A stretch of 64,000 nt of DNA, taken from NCBI GenBank assembly GCA_016432365.1, contig CP066686.1:554319-618318 (forward strand), in the 5' to 3' direction. Shown here in pieces: positions 45,949 to 54,712 of this stretch. A program made the translations under genes and the position numbers. This DNA comes from Candidatus Woesebacteria bacterium (GTDB lineage: Bacteria; Patescibacteriota; Microgenomatia; UBA8517). The notes beneath the pieces were generated by a model. The model made no database searches. It was not told the DNA's origin and saw nothing but the letters and a program-made list of their open reading frames with translations. How positions within the stretch are numbered: the stretch's first letter is position 1; each line of letters starts with the position of its first letter.

Positions 45949-48900
45949 GTGTCCACGCGTAAGCCCTACTTTGAGCCTGTTGACCTCAAAGTCGATTTTC
46001 CTAAAATGGAAAATAGGCTTCTGGAAGTTTGGGCTAAAAAAGGCTTAGTCAAGAAATATCTTCAAAAAAATTCAAAATCCACAAAACATTTTTCTTTCCT
46101 TGATGGCCCTATTACAGCCAACAATCCAATGGGTGTACACCATGCCTGGGGGCGTACCTATAAAGATTTGTGGCGCAGGTTTAAAAACATGCAGGGCTTT
46201 AATCAGCGTTTTCAAAATGGTTTTGATGCCCAGGGTCTTTGGGTAGAGGTCGAGGTCGAAAAGGAATTGGGATTCAAAAGCAAAAAAGACATAGAAACTT
46301 TTGGTGTTGCCAAATTCGTTCAGCTTTGTCGCGATAGGGTGAAGAAATACTCCGGTATTCAAACGGAACAGAGTAAGCGCTTAGGTTACTTCATGGATTG
46401 GGATAACTCATATTACACATTAAGCGATGATAACAATTATATGATTTGGGATTTTTTGAAGAAGTGTTACGACAACGGCTGGATCTACAAAGGGAATGAT
46501 TCTGTTCCTTGGTGCCCGAGATGTGAAACGGCCATCTCTCAACACGAAATGCTTACTGAAGACTATAAAGAAATCACACACGAATCTGTGTATTTGGCGT
46601 TTCCTGTTGTTGGGGTAGTCGATGAATATTTTATGGTTTGGACAACAACTCCGTGGACTATCCCCGCCAATATCGCAATAGCGGTAGATGAAAAGCTTGA
46701 GTATTCACTTGTTGAGGTCAAGAAAAGAAGATATTGGATGGCGAAGGATACAGTTTCCCGGGTCCTTTCCGGTGAGAGTTATAAGGTTATAAAGACTACC
46801 AAGGGTGGGAAACTTGTGGGTTTAAGATACAAAGGCGCTTTTGATAATTTACCTGGAGTGGTTGCTGCTTCATCAAAAAATGATGCTAAGTTCCATAATA
46901 TTGTTGCTACGGACAATTTAATTTTACCAATAACCGTAGATGAAGGAACAGGACTTGTGCACACTGCGGTTTCGGCAGGAAGTGAGGATTTTAAACTTGG
47001 TAAAAAACTTGGTTTGCCGATGATCCCGGTGATCAACGATGATGCGTCCTATGTGGAAGGACTGGGAGAATTTTCGGGTCTAAACGCTAAAAAGCATCCG
47101 GAAATAATTTTAGATTACCTACACAATCTGGACAATGAAGGAAGCCACTTCCTTTTCAAAACTGAGAAATATACTCACAGATACCCCGCCTGTTGGAGGT
47201 GTAAGACTGAACTTGTTTGGAAAGTAACTGACGAGTGGTACGTGGCAATGGATAAACCATTGCAAATCTCAAAAATCAAATCTCAAAAATCAAAATTGAA
47301 TAAATGGGGGGATGAAGACGAGGAACCAAAAGCACTAGACACAAGGACGTTAAGAGAGAGGATGAAAGATGTCACTAGTAAAATCAACTGGATTCCCGGT
47401 TTTGGGCTTGACCGTGAGATGGATTGGTTATCTAATATGCACGATTGGCTCATTAGCAAGAAAAATAGGTATTGGGGGCTTGCTCTTCCAATTTGGGAAT
47501 GTAAGAAATGTGGGAATTTTGAAGTTGTCGGTTCCAAAGAAGAACTTAAAAACCTTGCCGTTGTCGGATGGGAGAAATTTGATGGTAAGACTCCCCATAA
47601 ACCCCAAATAGACGAGGTTAAAATCAAGTGCTCCCGGTGCGGAAGCGTTATGGGTAGAATTGAGCCGGTCGGAAACCCGTGGTTGGACGCAGGGATAATT
47701 CCATATTCAACGATTAGCGAAAATAACAAGGCTGCCAACTTTGAGGTGACAAAAACCAAACCTTTATATCTTACAGACCGGGCTAGATGGGAAAAATGGT
47801 TCCCCGCAGATTTTATTACCGAAAGTTTCCCCGGACAATTTAAGAACTGGTTTTATTCACTTATCGCTATGAGTACAGTTATGGAAGACATGGAACCTTT
47901 TAAGACCGTCTTGGGGTATGCCACATTATTCGACGAAAAGGGGAATGCTATGCACAAAAGTTCGGGAAACATGATTGAATTTACCCAAGGAGCAGATCAA
48001 ATGGGCGTTGATGTGATGAGGTGGATGTTTGCACGTCAGAATCCAGGAGAAAATTTGTTGTTTGGATATAAAGTTGCGGACGAAGTCAGAAGGAGATTCC
48101 ATTTAAAGATTTGGAATGTTTACAACTTTTTTGTGACTTATGCCAATTTGGACGGATGGAGGCCAAGTAAAAAGGAAGAACGAAGAGTGAAAAGCGATAA
48201 CGTTTTGGACAAATGGATTTTGGTTAGTCTTAACCAAACTTTACAGCTGGTTACAGACAGACTTGAGAAATTCGATGCTTATGCTGGGGCTAACGAAATT
48301 GAAAAATTCGTTGACGACTTAAGCCTTTGGTATATAAGAAGGTCCCGTGACAGGGTAGGTCCTGCGGCGGAATCTGAGGATGATAAAGAAGCTTTTTATT
48401 TTACTACCCATTTCGTGTTAGTGACATTATCCAAACTTTTAGCCCCGTTTATGCCTTTTATATCTGAAACGTTGTTTACAAACTTAACCAAGGAAGAGTC
48501 GGTGCATTTGAGTGACTGGCCGGTTGTAAATAACAAATCACAAATCTCTAATCTAAAACTATTGAAGGAAATGAAAATAGCGCGTGAGATTGTAGAAAAA
48601 GCACATTCTATACGTAAAGAAAAGGAAGTTAGTGTTAAACAGCCTCTTAATTCCTACTCGGTAGCACTTCAGCAGGTTTCTAAAAATCTTGAATATTTAA
48701 TAAAGGATGAAATTAACGTAAAGAAATTAATTTGGGGATCAAAAGAAGATGAATTTGATTTAAAAATTACACCTGAACTTTCCGAAGAGGCTAAAATTCG
48801 GGACTTGGCACGCAGGATTCAGGAAGAAAGAAAATTATTGGGTCTAAATCTTACTCAGAAGGTTAATGTGCAATTAGAGGTGATTCCGTTGGATAAAAAA

Positions 48901-48981
48901 CTTGTTCAATGGATGGTCAAAAAAGCTCAGATAAACGATTTAAGTGTAGGCAAATTTAAAGTTTCTAAAGCTTCAAAGTGA
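45949..48981 (+). CDS. ileS: Isoleucine--tRNA ligase, type 2 (GVHH / MHKS variant)
   Basis: DGP.TAN, WTTTPWT, GTGLVH, HRYP.CWR, DW.IS, PADFI.E and WYIRRSR motifs; GTG start with a TTGAAT-17-TAAAAT promoter. Confidence 0.93.
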   Translation: MSTRKPYFEPVDLKVDFPKMENRLLEVWAKKGLVKKYLQKNSKSTKHFSFLDGPITANNPMGVHHAWGRTYKDLWRRFKNMQGFNQRFQNGFDAQGLWVEVEVEKELGFKSKKDIETFGVAKFVQLCRDRVKKYSGIQTEQSKRLGYFMDWDNSYYTLSDDNNYMIWDFLKKCYDNGWIYKGNDSVPWCPRCETAISQHEMLTEDYKEITHESVYLAFPVVGVVDEYFMVWTTTPWTIPANIAIAVDEKLEYSLVEVKKRRYWMAKDTVSRVLSGESYKVIKTTKGGKLVGLRYKGAFDNLPGVVAASSKNDAKFHNIVATDNLILPITVDEGTGLVHTAVSAGSEDFKLGKKLGLPMIPVINDDASYVEGLGEFSGLNAKKHPEIILDYLHNLDNEGSHFLFKTEKYTHRYPACWRCKTELVWKVTDEWYVAMDKPLQISKIKSQKSKLNKWGDEDEEPKALDTRTLRERMKDVTSKINWIPGFGLDREMDWLSNMHDWLISKKNRYWGLALPIWECKKCGNFEVVGSKEELKNLAVVGWEKFDGKTPHKPQIDEVKIKCSRCGSVMGRIEPVGNPWLDAGIIPYSTISENNKAANFEVTKTKPLYLTDRARWEKWFPADFITESFPGQFKNWFYSLIAMSTVMEDMEPFKTVLGYATLFDEKGNAMHKSSGNMIEFTQGADQMGVDVMRWMFARQNPGENLLFGYKVADEVRRRFHLKIWNVYNFFVTYANLDGWRPSKKEERRVKSDNVLDKWILVSLNQTLQLVTDRLEKFDAYAGANEIEKFVDDLSLWYIRRSRDRVGPAAESEDDKEAFYFTTHFVLVTLSKLLAPFMPFISETLFTNLTKEESVHLSDWPVVNNKSQISNLKLLKEMKIAREIVEKAHSIRKEKEVSVKQPLNSYSVALQQVSKNLEYLIKDEINVKKLIWGSKEDEFDLKITPELSEEAKIRDLARRIQEERKLLGLNLTQKVNVQLEVIPLDKKLVQWMVKKAQINDLSVGKFKVSKASK

Positions 48982-50039
48982 AAAGACAAAACCCTATATT
49001 TGGATTTTTAACCAGAGATGTAAGTTTTTCCTTTTCTATTATATTTCTACTTTTTCTTAGCATAATTATTTTAAAATCTGTTGCTCCGGCCATATTTCCG
49101 CTGTATTTTCTGAGTGTGTTCATTGGTATTTGTGCCTTCATTATTTTTTCCCAGTTGGATTTTGATATTATTTCTCTTTTTTCTAGGCATCTGTATATTT
49201 TTTCAATTATCCTTCTTCTTGCAACTCTTATTATCGGAAGTGTTACGAGGGGTACCATTCGTTGGATACCAATTGGGCCGATCAGTCTTCAACCGGCAGA
49301 AATCGTCCGTCCGTTTCTTTTGATTTTTTTTGCCAATTACCTTACTTCCGGAAAACTGGATTTTAAAAAAATAATCAAAACTTTTGGGCTGGTGTTTCTC
49401 CCGGTTTTTCTCATTTTTATACAACCTTCTCTTGGGGTATCTATTCTAACGTTGGTAGGGTTTTTAGGTGTTTTGATTTCTTCTAAGATTGACAAAAAGT
49501 ATGTTTTTTTCGGTATTATAGCTACGTTGGTTATTTCTCCACTGTTTTGGTTGGTAATGGCCCCTTATCAACGGCAACGCATTGCTACATTTATTACTCC
49601 CTCATCAGATCCTCTGGGTGCCGGTTATAATAGCTTACAGTCAACTATTGCCGCCGGTTCGGGTAAAATTGTGGGACTGGGACTAGGTCGTGGTGTTCAG
49701 ACACAACTATCATTTCTACCTGAAAAACAAACGGATTTTATATTTTCAGCAATTTCCGAAGAGCTGGGCTTTGTTGGGGCACTTTTGGCGATTGTTATGA
49801 GTTTTGTAATCCTTTATCGGCTGACTATATATATGGAGCAAGCTGTAAACCCGGCTGCACGCGGCTACCTGTCAGGTTTTTTCCTAACATATTTACTCCA
49901 AATCTTTATTCATATAGGCATGAACATGGGGCTTTTACCGGTTACAGGGCTACCATTCCCATTGGTCTCGGCCGGCGGATCTTCGCTTTTAGCCACAATG
50001 ATAGGCTTGGGGATTGCCAGTTCGTCTTATAAACGCTAA
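48978..50039 (+). CDS. rodA: SEDS protein RodA
   Basis: RW, QPAE, QP.LG, PYQ..RI, DPLGAGYN..QS.IA.GSG, FLPE..TDFIF and SAGGSS motifs. Confidence 0.9.
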   Translation: MKRQNPIFGFLTRDVSFSFSIIFLLFLSIIILKSVAPAIFPLYFLSVFIGICAFIIFSQLDFDIISLFSRHLYIFSIILLLATLIIGSVTRGTIRWIPIGPISLQPAEIVRPFLLIFFANYLTSGKLDFKKIIKTFGLVFLPVFLIFIQPSLGVSILTLVGFLGVLISSKIDKKYVFFGIIATLVISPLFWLVMAPYQRQRIATFITPSSDPLGAGYNSLQSTIAAGSGKIVGLGLGRGVQTQLSFLPEKQTDFIFSAISEELGFVGALLAIVMSFVILYRLTIYMEQAVNPAARGYLSGFFLTYLLQIFIHIGMNMGLLPVTGLPFPLVSAGGSSLLATMIGLGIASSSYKR

Positions 50040-50052
50040 AATACCAGTTATT

Positions 50053-50361
50053 ATGAATAAATACGCAGTTGTCAGAATTGGTGGTAGGCAATATAAAGCC
50101 GAGGAAGGCAAAGAACTTCTGGTGGACAAACTTGTCGATATTAAGGGTTTTGAAACTGAAGTACTTATGTTCGTGGACGGGGAAAAGGTAAAAGTGGGTA
50201 AGCCGGTTCTTAAAGATGTAAAAGTAGCCTTAAAGGTTGTGACAGAGCTTGAAAAAGGAGAAAAGATCGAAGTTTACAAGTTTAAAGCAAAATCACGTTA
50301 TAGGAAGCACACAGGGTTTAGACCTCAATATACAAGACTTCTGGTGGAAAAAATCTCATAA
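50053..50361 (+). CDS. rplU: 50S ribosomal protein L21
   Basis: YAVV..GG.QY, VG.P and K.K.KSRYRK..GFR motifs. Confidence 0.97.
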   Translation: MNKYAVVRIGGRQYKAEEGKELLVDKLVDIKGFETEVLMFVDGEKVKVGKPVLKDVKVALKVVTELEKGEKIEVYKFKAKSRYRKHTGFRPQYTRLLVEKIS

Positions 50362-50389
50362 CTTCAATCAAAGGAGCTTTTAAAAAATC

Positions 50390-50449
50390 TTGCGGCTGAA
50401 ACCTCTGGCAAATGTACTGGTGTACATCTACTTTTGGTTCCAGCCGCAA
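50390..50449 (-). terminator. Long hairpin between convergent genes; probable intrinsic terminator of the minus-strand gene
   Basis: TTGCGGCTGAAACC...GGTTCCAGCCGCAA (14 bp, with a G-U pair on the minus strand), inner ATGTAC/GTACAT, followed on the minus strand by GAUUUUUU. Confidence 0.65.
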
Positions 50450-50478
50450 ATAGCAGGAGGAGATTTGTAGTGAAAAAA

Positions 50479-50976
50479 CTACATGTTGGCGATGGCCAGA
50501 TCCAGTTGCGTCGGGTCAAAATTGGCGCTCCGAATGGGGCACATGGTCAGCGGGACGGGGCAGATCATGCAGTTTTCGTTCACGAGTTCATTCAGGCCTG
50601 GGATGCCAGCGTACTTTTCGGCCATTTCCATGGTCGGACCCGTGAATTCACTTTCGCCGAAACCGGCGATCATGCTGCTGAGAACATCGTCCAAGGACTT
50701 GTGGAACCAATCCGGTTCGGCTTCTTGCCACTTGGTGAAATCGGCGGCGTTCAGATACCTTCCTTCTCCCTCAGTGTTGATGAGGTGGTGGACGGTTGTG
50801 CCGGCGCCTTCATCCAGAGAGGAGAACCTGGGATCTTCCATTCCCTCCTGAAGGGCAGCCTCGAACGCTTCCTGGCTGTAGACGATGCCGAACTGATTCT
50901 TGAGTTCTTCCGTCTCGAAGTGAACTTCGAGCTTGGTCCCATTGTGGGACTTGAGATCGGTCAGCTTCAGTTCCAT
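50479..50976 (-). CDS. Hypothetical acidic protein with C-terminal CxxC-x6-CPxR motif
   Basis: 165-aa ORF with AAGGAG Shine-Dalgarno, consensus promoter, terminator and GC-richer codons than its neighbours. Confidence 0.8.
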   Translation of the reverse strand: MELKLTDLKSHNGTKLEVHFETEELKNQFGIVYSQEAFEAALQEGMEDPRFSSLDEGAGTTVHHLINTEGEGRYLNAADFTKWQEAEPDWFHKSLDDVLSSMIAGFGESEFTGPTMEMAEKYAGIPGLNELVNENCMICPVPLTMCPIRSANFDPTQLDLAIANM

Positions 50977-51014
50977 TTCAAACTCCTTCTTATTAACGTA
51001 CAGATTTAGGATTT

Positions 51015-51069
51015 ATATGCAGGATGCATATTGAGATGCAATTATATCCTATATTATGATTTTTGTCAA
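51015..51069 (-). promoter_or_regulatory. Consensus sigma70 promoter TTGACA-17-TATAAT plus downstream palindrome ATATGCA-3-TGCATAT
   Basis: On the + strand: TGTCAA at 51064-69, ATTATA at 51041-46, palindrome at 51015-51031. Confidence 0.75.
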
Positions 51070-51105
51070 GAACGAAGTATGATTTAATACATCTTACCAA
51101 CCCTC

Positions 51106-51134
51106 TTGACAACTGTGAAAACATACTTTATATT
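51106..51134 (+). promoter_or_regulatory. rpmA promoter TTGACA-17-TATATT
   Basis: TTGACA at 51106-11, TATATT at 51129-34, ATG at 51144. Confidence 0.7.
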
Positions 51135-51143
51135 GTGCCAAGG

Positions 51144-51395
51144 ATGTCAACACATAAAGCAGCAGGGGGAAAAGCTTCACAACATGTTAGCCCAGCAGGT
51201 AAAAGATTGGGTGTAAAAGTTTCAGGTGGTGAAAAAGTCGGCAAAGGACAGATTCTAGTCCGTCAACGCGGTACCACTTTTGGCAAAGGTGCCGGGGCCA
51301 AATTAGGCCGTGATCACACTTTGTATTCTGTTGCCGACGGAGTTGTTAAATTTACTAAGAAGTTGGGTAAACGTGTTGTTAGTGTAGTCTCATAA
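51144..51395 (+). CDS. rpmA: 50S ribosomal protein L27
   Basis: MS.HKAAG, GKRLGVK, G.ILVRQRGT and GRDHTL motifs; start moved to 51144. Confidence 0.97.
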   Translation: MSTHKAAGGKASQHVSPAGKRLGVKVSGGEKVGKGQILVRQRGTTFGKGAGAKLGRDHTLYSVADGVVKFTKKLGKRVVSVVS

Positions 51396-51400
51396 ATATC

Positions 51401-52240
51401 ATGGCAGAAGAAGTAGTACAAATTGAAGTTACACAGTTACAACCAAATCCTCTTCAGCCTCGTGGCGCAATCACTCCGGAAAGTTTGGTAGACCTCGTTG
51501 ATTCAATCCGTGAACATGGAATATTGGAACCCTTGGTGGTTGCTAAAACTCCGGCTGGTTTTCAAATCATCGCAGGTGAGCGTAGATGGAGAGCTTCCAA
51601 ACTTGCAGGGCTTACTCATGTACCCGTTATTATCCGCGAAACCTCACCAAAAGGAATGCTCGAAATGGCACTTGTGGAGAATGTTCAAAGAGTAGACCTT
51701 AACCCTTTGGACCGCGCTAAGGGCTTCGAACGTCTTATGAATGAGTTTAATTTAACCACAAGTGAAATTGCGGTTAGAATCGGTAAATCCGTAGCCTATG
51801 TAAGTAATTCCTTGAGGCTTCTTTCCCTTCCGGACGCACTTAAAGACGGACTTTTGTCGGGGCTTATTACAGAAGGTCATGCAAGGGCCTTGGCAGCCAT
51901 AGACGATCCAAATCTTATGATAGAGGCCTACAAGATAGTTCTAAGGGAGAGTGGCAGTGTAAGACGGGCAGAAGAGCTTGCAAGACGCATGAAGGCCAAG
52001 TCTCAACAGGAAGCACCAAGAACAAGTCAACATGTAAGGATTGTCTCTGAGGAGATTGACAGAATGCAGGAAGATTTGCAAAAAGCATTTCAAAATAACG
52101 GTGATTCCGAGCTTGCCAAAAAGACAGCAGTTAAGCTAATAAGATCTCAAAGGGAGACAAAAGTTAACTTTACTTTTAAAGGTGGATTGGAAGAAACCGA
52201 AGAAAGACTTCAAAGAGTTTACAAAGCAATCACTTCTTAA
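51401..52240 (+). CDS. parB: ParB/Spo0J chromosome partitioning protein
   Basis: PNP.QPR, SI..HGILEP, IIAGERRWRA, ALVEN.QR.DL, HTH, N.LRLL.LP and GHARAL motifs. Confidence 0.95.
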   Translation: MAEEVVQIEVTQLQPNPLQPRGAITPESLVDLVDSIREHGILEPLVVAKTPAGFQIIAGERRWRASKLAGLTHVPVIIRETSPKGMLEMALVENVQRVDLNPLDRAKGFERLMNEFNLTTSEIAVRIGKSVAYVSNSLRLLSLPDALKDGLLSGLITEGHARALAAIDDPNLMIEAYKIVLRESGSVRRAEELARRMKAKSQQEAPRTSQHVRIVSEEIDRMQEDLQKAFQNNGDSELAKKTAVKLIRSQRETKVNFTFKGGLEETEERLQRVYKAITS

Positions 52241-52788
52241 TACGTCGGTATTTTTACGACTCCCGAAAGATTTATCGGCCAATAAATTACCCAGGCTCTC
52301 CCGCTAATTGATTTTTTGGTGATAGGACCCCAAGCACGGGAATCTGAGGAGTGGGGCCTGTTATCTCCCATAACAAAGTAGTGACCTTCAGGAATTGTGT
52401 AATTTTCCCCGTCCTTTAAGAACCCTTCATTTTCCGTATAAATATCACTTGCAAGATACGGTTCGCTAAGAAGCGTGTCGTTGATATATACACGACTATT
52501 TTTAAGCATTACACGCTCTCCGGGAAGGCCTATAACTCTTTTAATAAATTCGTCTGTTTCTGAGACGGGCGGGGTAAAAACTACGACATCTCCTCTTTTA
52601 GGACTTCTGGAGTAGTAGGTAACTTTTTCGGTTAATAAATATTCACCATCCGGAAAATTGGGATGCATCGATTGCCCTTTAATTTTATGAGGACGCATAA
52701 TAAGAAGATAGACAAAAAAGAAGATGCCTACAGCAAAAACAATTACTTCTAATATATCCAAAAAAAATGCACCAATTTTACCAACCAT
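52237..52788 (-). CDS. lepB: Signal peptidase I
   Basis: G.SM.P, RGDVVVF, IKRVIGLPGE and YFVMGDNR..S.DSR motifs. Confidence 0.96.
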   Translation of the reverse strand: MVGKIGAFFLDILEVIVFAVGIFFFVYLLIMRPHKIKGQSMHPNFPDGEYLLTEKVTYYSRSPKRGDVVVFTPPVSETDEFIKRVIGLPGERVMLKNSRVYINDTLLSEPYLASDIYTENEGFLKDGENYTIPEGHYFVMGDNRPHSSDSRAWGPITKKSISGRAWVIYWPINLSGVVKIPTY

Positions 52789-52832
52789 ATGTAACTTTCA
52801 TTATATTTGCGGTTGAGGAGTAAACACAAGTA

Positions 52833-53891
52833 CTAGCTTTGCACTAGAACATCGTGAGCCTCGCTTTCGCGGCGCCCCATGGCAGTTATTTGAATAAATT
52901 GTGCTTTTTTCCAGAGCTTGGCGATGTTTTTAGCTCCCGCATACGAAAATCCCGATCGGATATTCGCTGTCCACAATTCTATGCTTTTTTTTAGCGGTCC
53001 TTTGTACGGAACTAAACTTTCTACCCCTTCAATATGTTTAGTATAAGATTTCGGTAGACAATTCAGCGCTTTGACGTGCTTTTCTTTTTCAGCAAGAGAT
53101 GTAGAGGCGTTATAGGTTTTGTATTTAATTCCGTTTTTAATTATAAAATCGCCGGGAGCCTCGTCATGTCCGGCAAACTGACTGCCCATGATAACAGCTG
53201 AGGCGCCGGCAGCCAAACCCTTTACAATATCACCTGCGTTTTTTGTACCTCCGTCGCATAAAATGGTTTTTTTAAACTTTCGTGCGGCCCTTGAACAATC
53301 TAAAACTGCTGTAATTTGCGGGACTCCGAACCCTGTTTGGACTCGGGTAATACAAATGGTTCCTGGTCCCACTCCGACGCGGACGGAGTCTGCTCCGGCC
53401 TTAAATAAATCAGCTGCTGTTTCGTATGTGCCGACTACTCCTGAAACTATTCCACATGTTTTACCAAACCTTGATTTTAATTGACGCGTTGCTTCGATTG
53501 CTTGCAACATTCCACCGTGGGCTACGTCTAAAGTAATAATGTCCACACCCGCTTTAGCCAACATTTCGGCCCGGTTTATATATCCATCTTTACACCCAAC
53601 CGCGGCGCCCACCATTACTTTTGACATTTTAACCCTCCTGACCATATCTGCCTGCCCTTCAGGAGTTACAAATCTGGGCAGAAATCCCATACCTCCAAGT
53701 TTGCCGAGTTCGATTGCCATTTTTACGCCTGTAACATCAGTCATATTGATACTGATTAACGGAAGAGAAATGGTAACTTTTGAGGTGATTTTTGTAGAGA
53801 GATCCACGTCACTCCTGCTTGCAATCTCAGAATGTTGGGGAACCAACAAGACATCGTCATAAGAAAGCGCCAAGGGGAATTTTTGATTCAT
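52833..53891 (-). CDS. IMPDH/GMP reductase family protein without CBS domain (probably GMP reductase)
   Basis: YDDVLLVP, DVAHG, RVGVGPG.ICITR, GVPQ, DGG, MGS, EGV and SY.GA motifs. Confidence 0.85.
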   Translation of the reverse strand: MNQKFPLALSYDDVLLVPQHSEIASRSDVDLSTKITSKVTISLPLISINMTDVTGVKMAIELGKLGGMGFLPRFVTPEGQADMVRRVKMSKVMVGAAVGCKDGYINRAEMLAKAGVDIITLDVAHGGMLQAIEATRQLKSRFGKTCGIVSGVVGTYETAADLFKAGADSVRVGVGPGTICITRVQTGFGVPQITAVLDCSRAARKFKKTILCDGGTKNAGDIVKGLAAGASAVIMGSQFAGHDEAPGDFIIKNGIKYKTYNASTSLAEKEKHVKALNCLPKSYTKHIEGVESLVPYKGPLKKSIELWTANIRSGFSYAGAKNIAKLWKKAQFIQITAMGRRESEAHDVLVQS

Positions 53892-53896
53892 ATTTT

Positions 53897-53950
53897 GTAA
53901 TGATATGAATCATTACGTTTCACTCTAGGGGGTACGGGAAAACTTGTCAA
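53897..53950 (-). promoter_or_regulatory. Promoter TTGACA-17-TAGAGT and 8-bp inverted repeat upstream of the IMPDH/GMPR gene
   Basis: On the + strand: TGTCAA at 53945-50, ACTCTA at 53922-27, and GTAATGAT-ATGA-ATCATTAC just before the start codon. Confidence 0.55.
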
Positions 53951-53954
53951 GAGT

Positions 53955-54533
53955 TTAAATTTTAACTACAAGTCCGGGGTAGTTTCTGAAGGTGTTTTCT
54001 TCGTCCGGAACACCAAGATCCATGCCGCAACCACCGACCCATTTGTCATCTATTTTTAAGCCGATGGTCATGTTTGGAATTTGTATTTGATTTGGAATAC
54101 CTGTTTTTGTAACAAACGCCACCGCCTCCGACGACGGGCCGGAATCAGCCATGATGGCACGGAAAACTCCGCCACTGTCGTATATGTCGTCTACCGTTAA
54201 AAGTTTTAGATTTCGGAGTTCGGGTGGAACCGGGGTTACAATTGTTGCTCCGTACGCATTTTCCGGACGGTGATACTCAATTTTTACAGGGTTTTTAGAG
54301 TACCCTTGTAAACGCGAAAGACTCTCGAACAGAAACATCCCACCCTTCATGTTTACCAAAACCGCATCAAAATTATCGAGTTTTACTTTATCGGACAATA
54401 TCTTGACATATTTTGCCATTTCGCTAGGGTTAACATATTCGAAAACTTTAAAATCTCCTACAGTAATAATTTTGGGGTCTTCAGGGAAGCGGACATAGGG
54501 TATTTCGCTTTCCGAAGGAATCTCACAGGTCAT
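53955..54533 (-). CDS. Purine phosphoribosyltransferase (HPRT-like)
   Basis: MKGG..L, PRPP motif LLTVDDIYDSG, WVGG.GMD and FRN.P motifs. Confidence 0.8.
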   Translation of the reverse strand: MTCEIPSESEIPYVRFPEDPKIITVGDFKVFEYVNPSEMAKYVKILSDKVKLDNFDAVLVNMKGGMFLFESLSRLQGYSKNPVKIEYHRPENAYGATIVTPVPPELRNLKLLTVDDIYDSGGVFRAIMADSGPSSEAVAFVTKTGIPNQIQIPNMTIGLKIDDKWVGGCGMDLGVPDEENTFRNYPGLVVKI

Positions 54534-54636
54534 ACATCTTTTTACTAATTCGTTTCTATATTGTCAAGCCGGTAAGCAGAGCTTGCCACTCAACACCTAG
54601 AATGTCTCGTGGTAAAATAACAGGGTGGGTCAGCCG

Positions 54637-54708
54637 GACCGCTTAGCTCAGTGGTAGAGCGCTTCGTTCACATCGAAGAGGCCAGGGGTTCGAAACCCTT
54701 AGCGGTCA
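54637..54708 (+). tRNA. tRNA-Val (anticodon CAC); CCA not encoded
   Basis: Acceptor GACCGCT/AGCGGTC, D arm GCTC/GAGC, anticodon arm CTTCG-TTCACAT-CGAAG, T arm AGGGG-TTCGAAA-CCCTT. Confidence 0.97.
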
Positions 54709-54712
54709 CAAA

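Noticed and set aside
50434-51009. Plus-strand ORFs of 191 aa and 122 aa between rplU and rpmA, or a Prp protease gene
   Set aside because: They are antisense shadows of the GC-richer minus-strand gene, which has the SD, promoter and terminator; there is no Prp motif and L27 lacks the N-terminal extension that Prp cleaves
51401-52240. parB as a plasmid or prophage marker, and nearby parS sites
   Set aside because: Chromosomal Spo0J-type sequence among housekeeping genes; no canonical parS palindrome noticed by eye
53892-53954. Purine riboswitch upstream of the IMPDH/GMPR gene
   Set aside because: The gap is about 60 nt with a single hairpin, too short and lacking the three-way junction motifs
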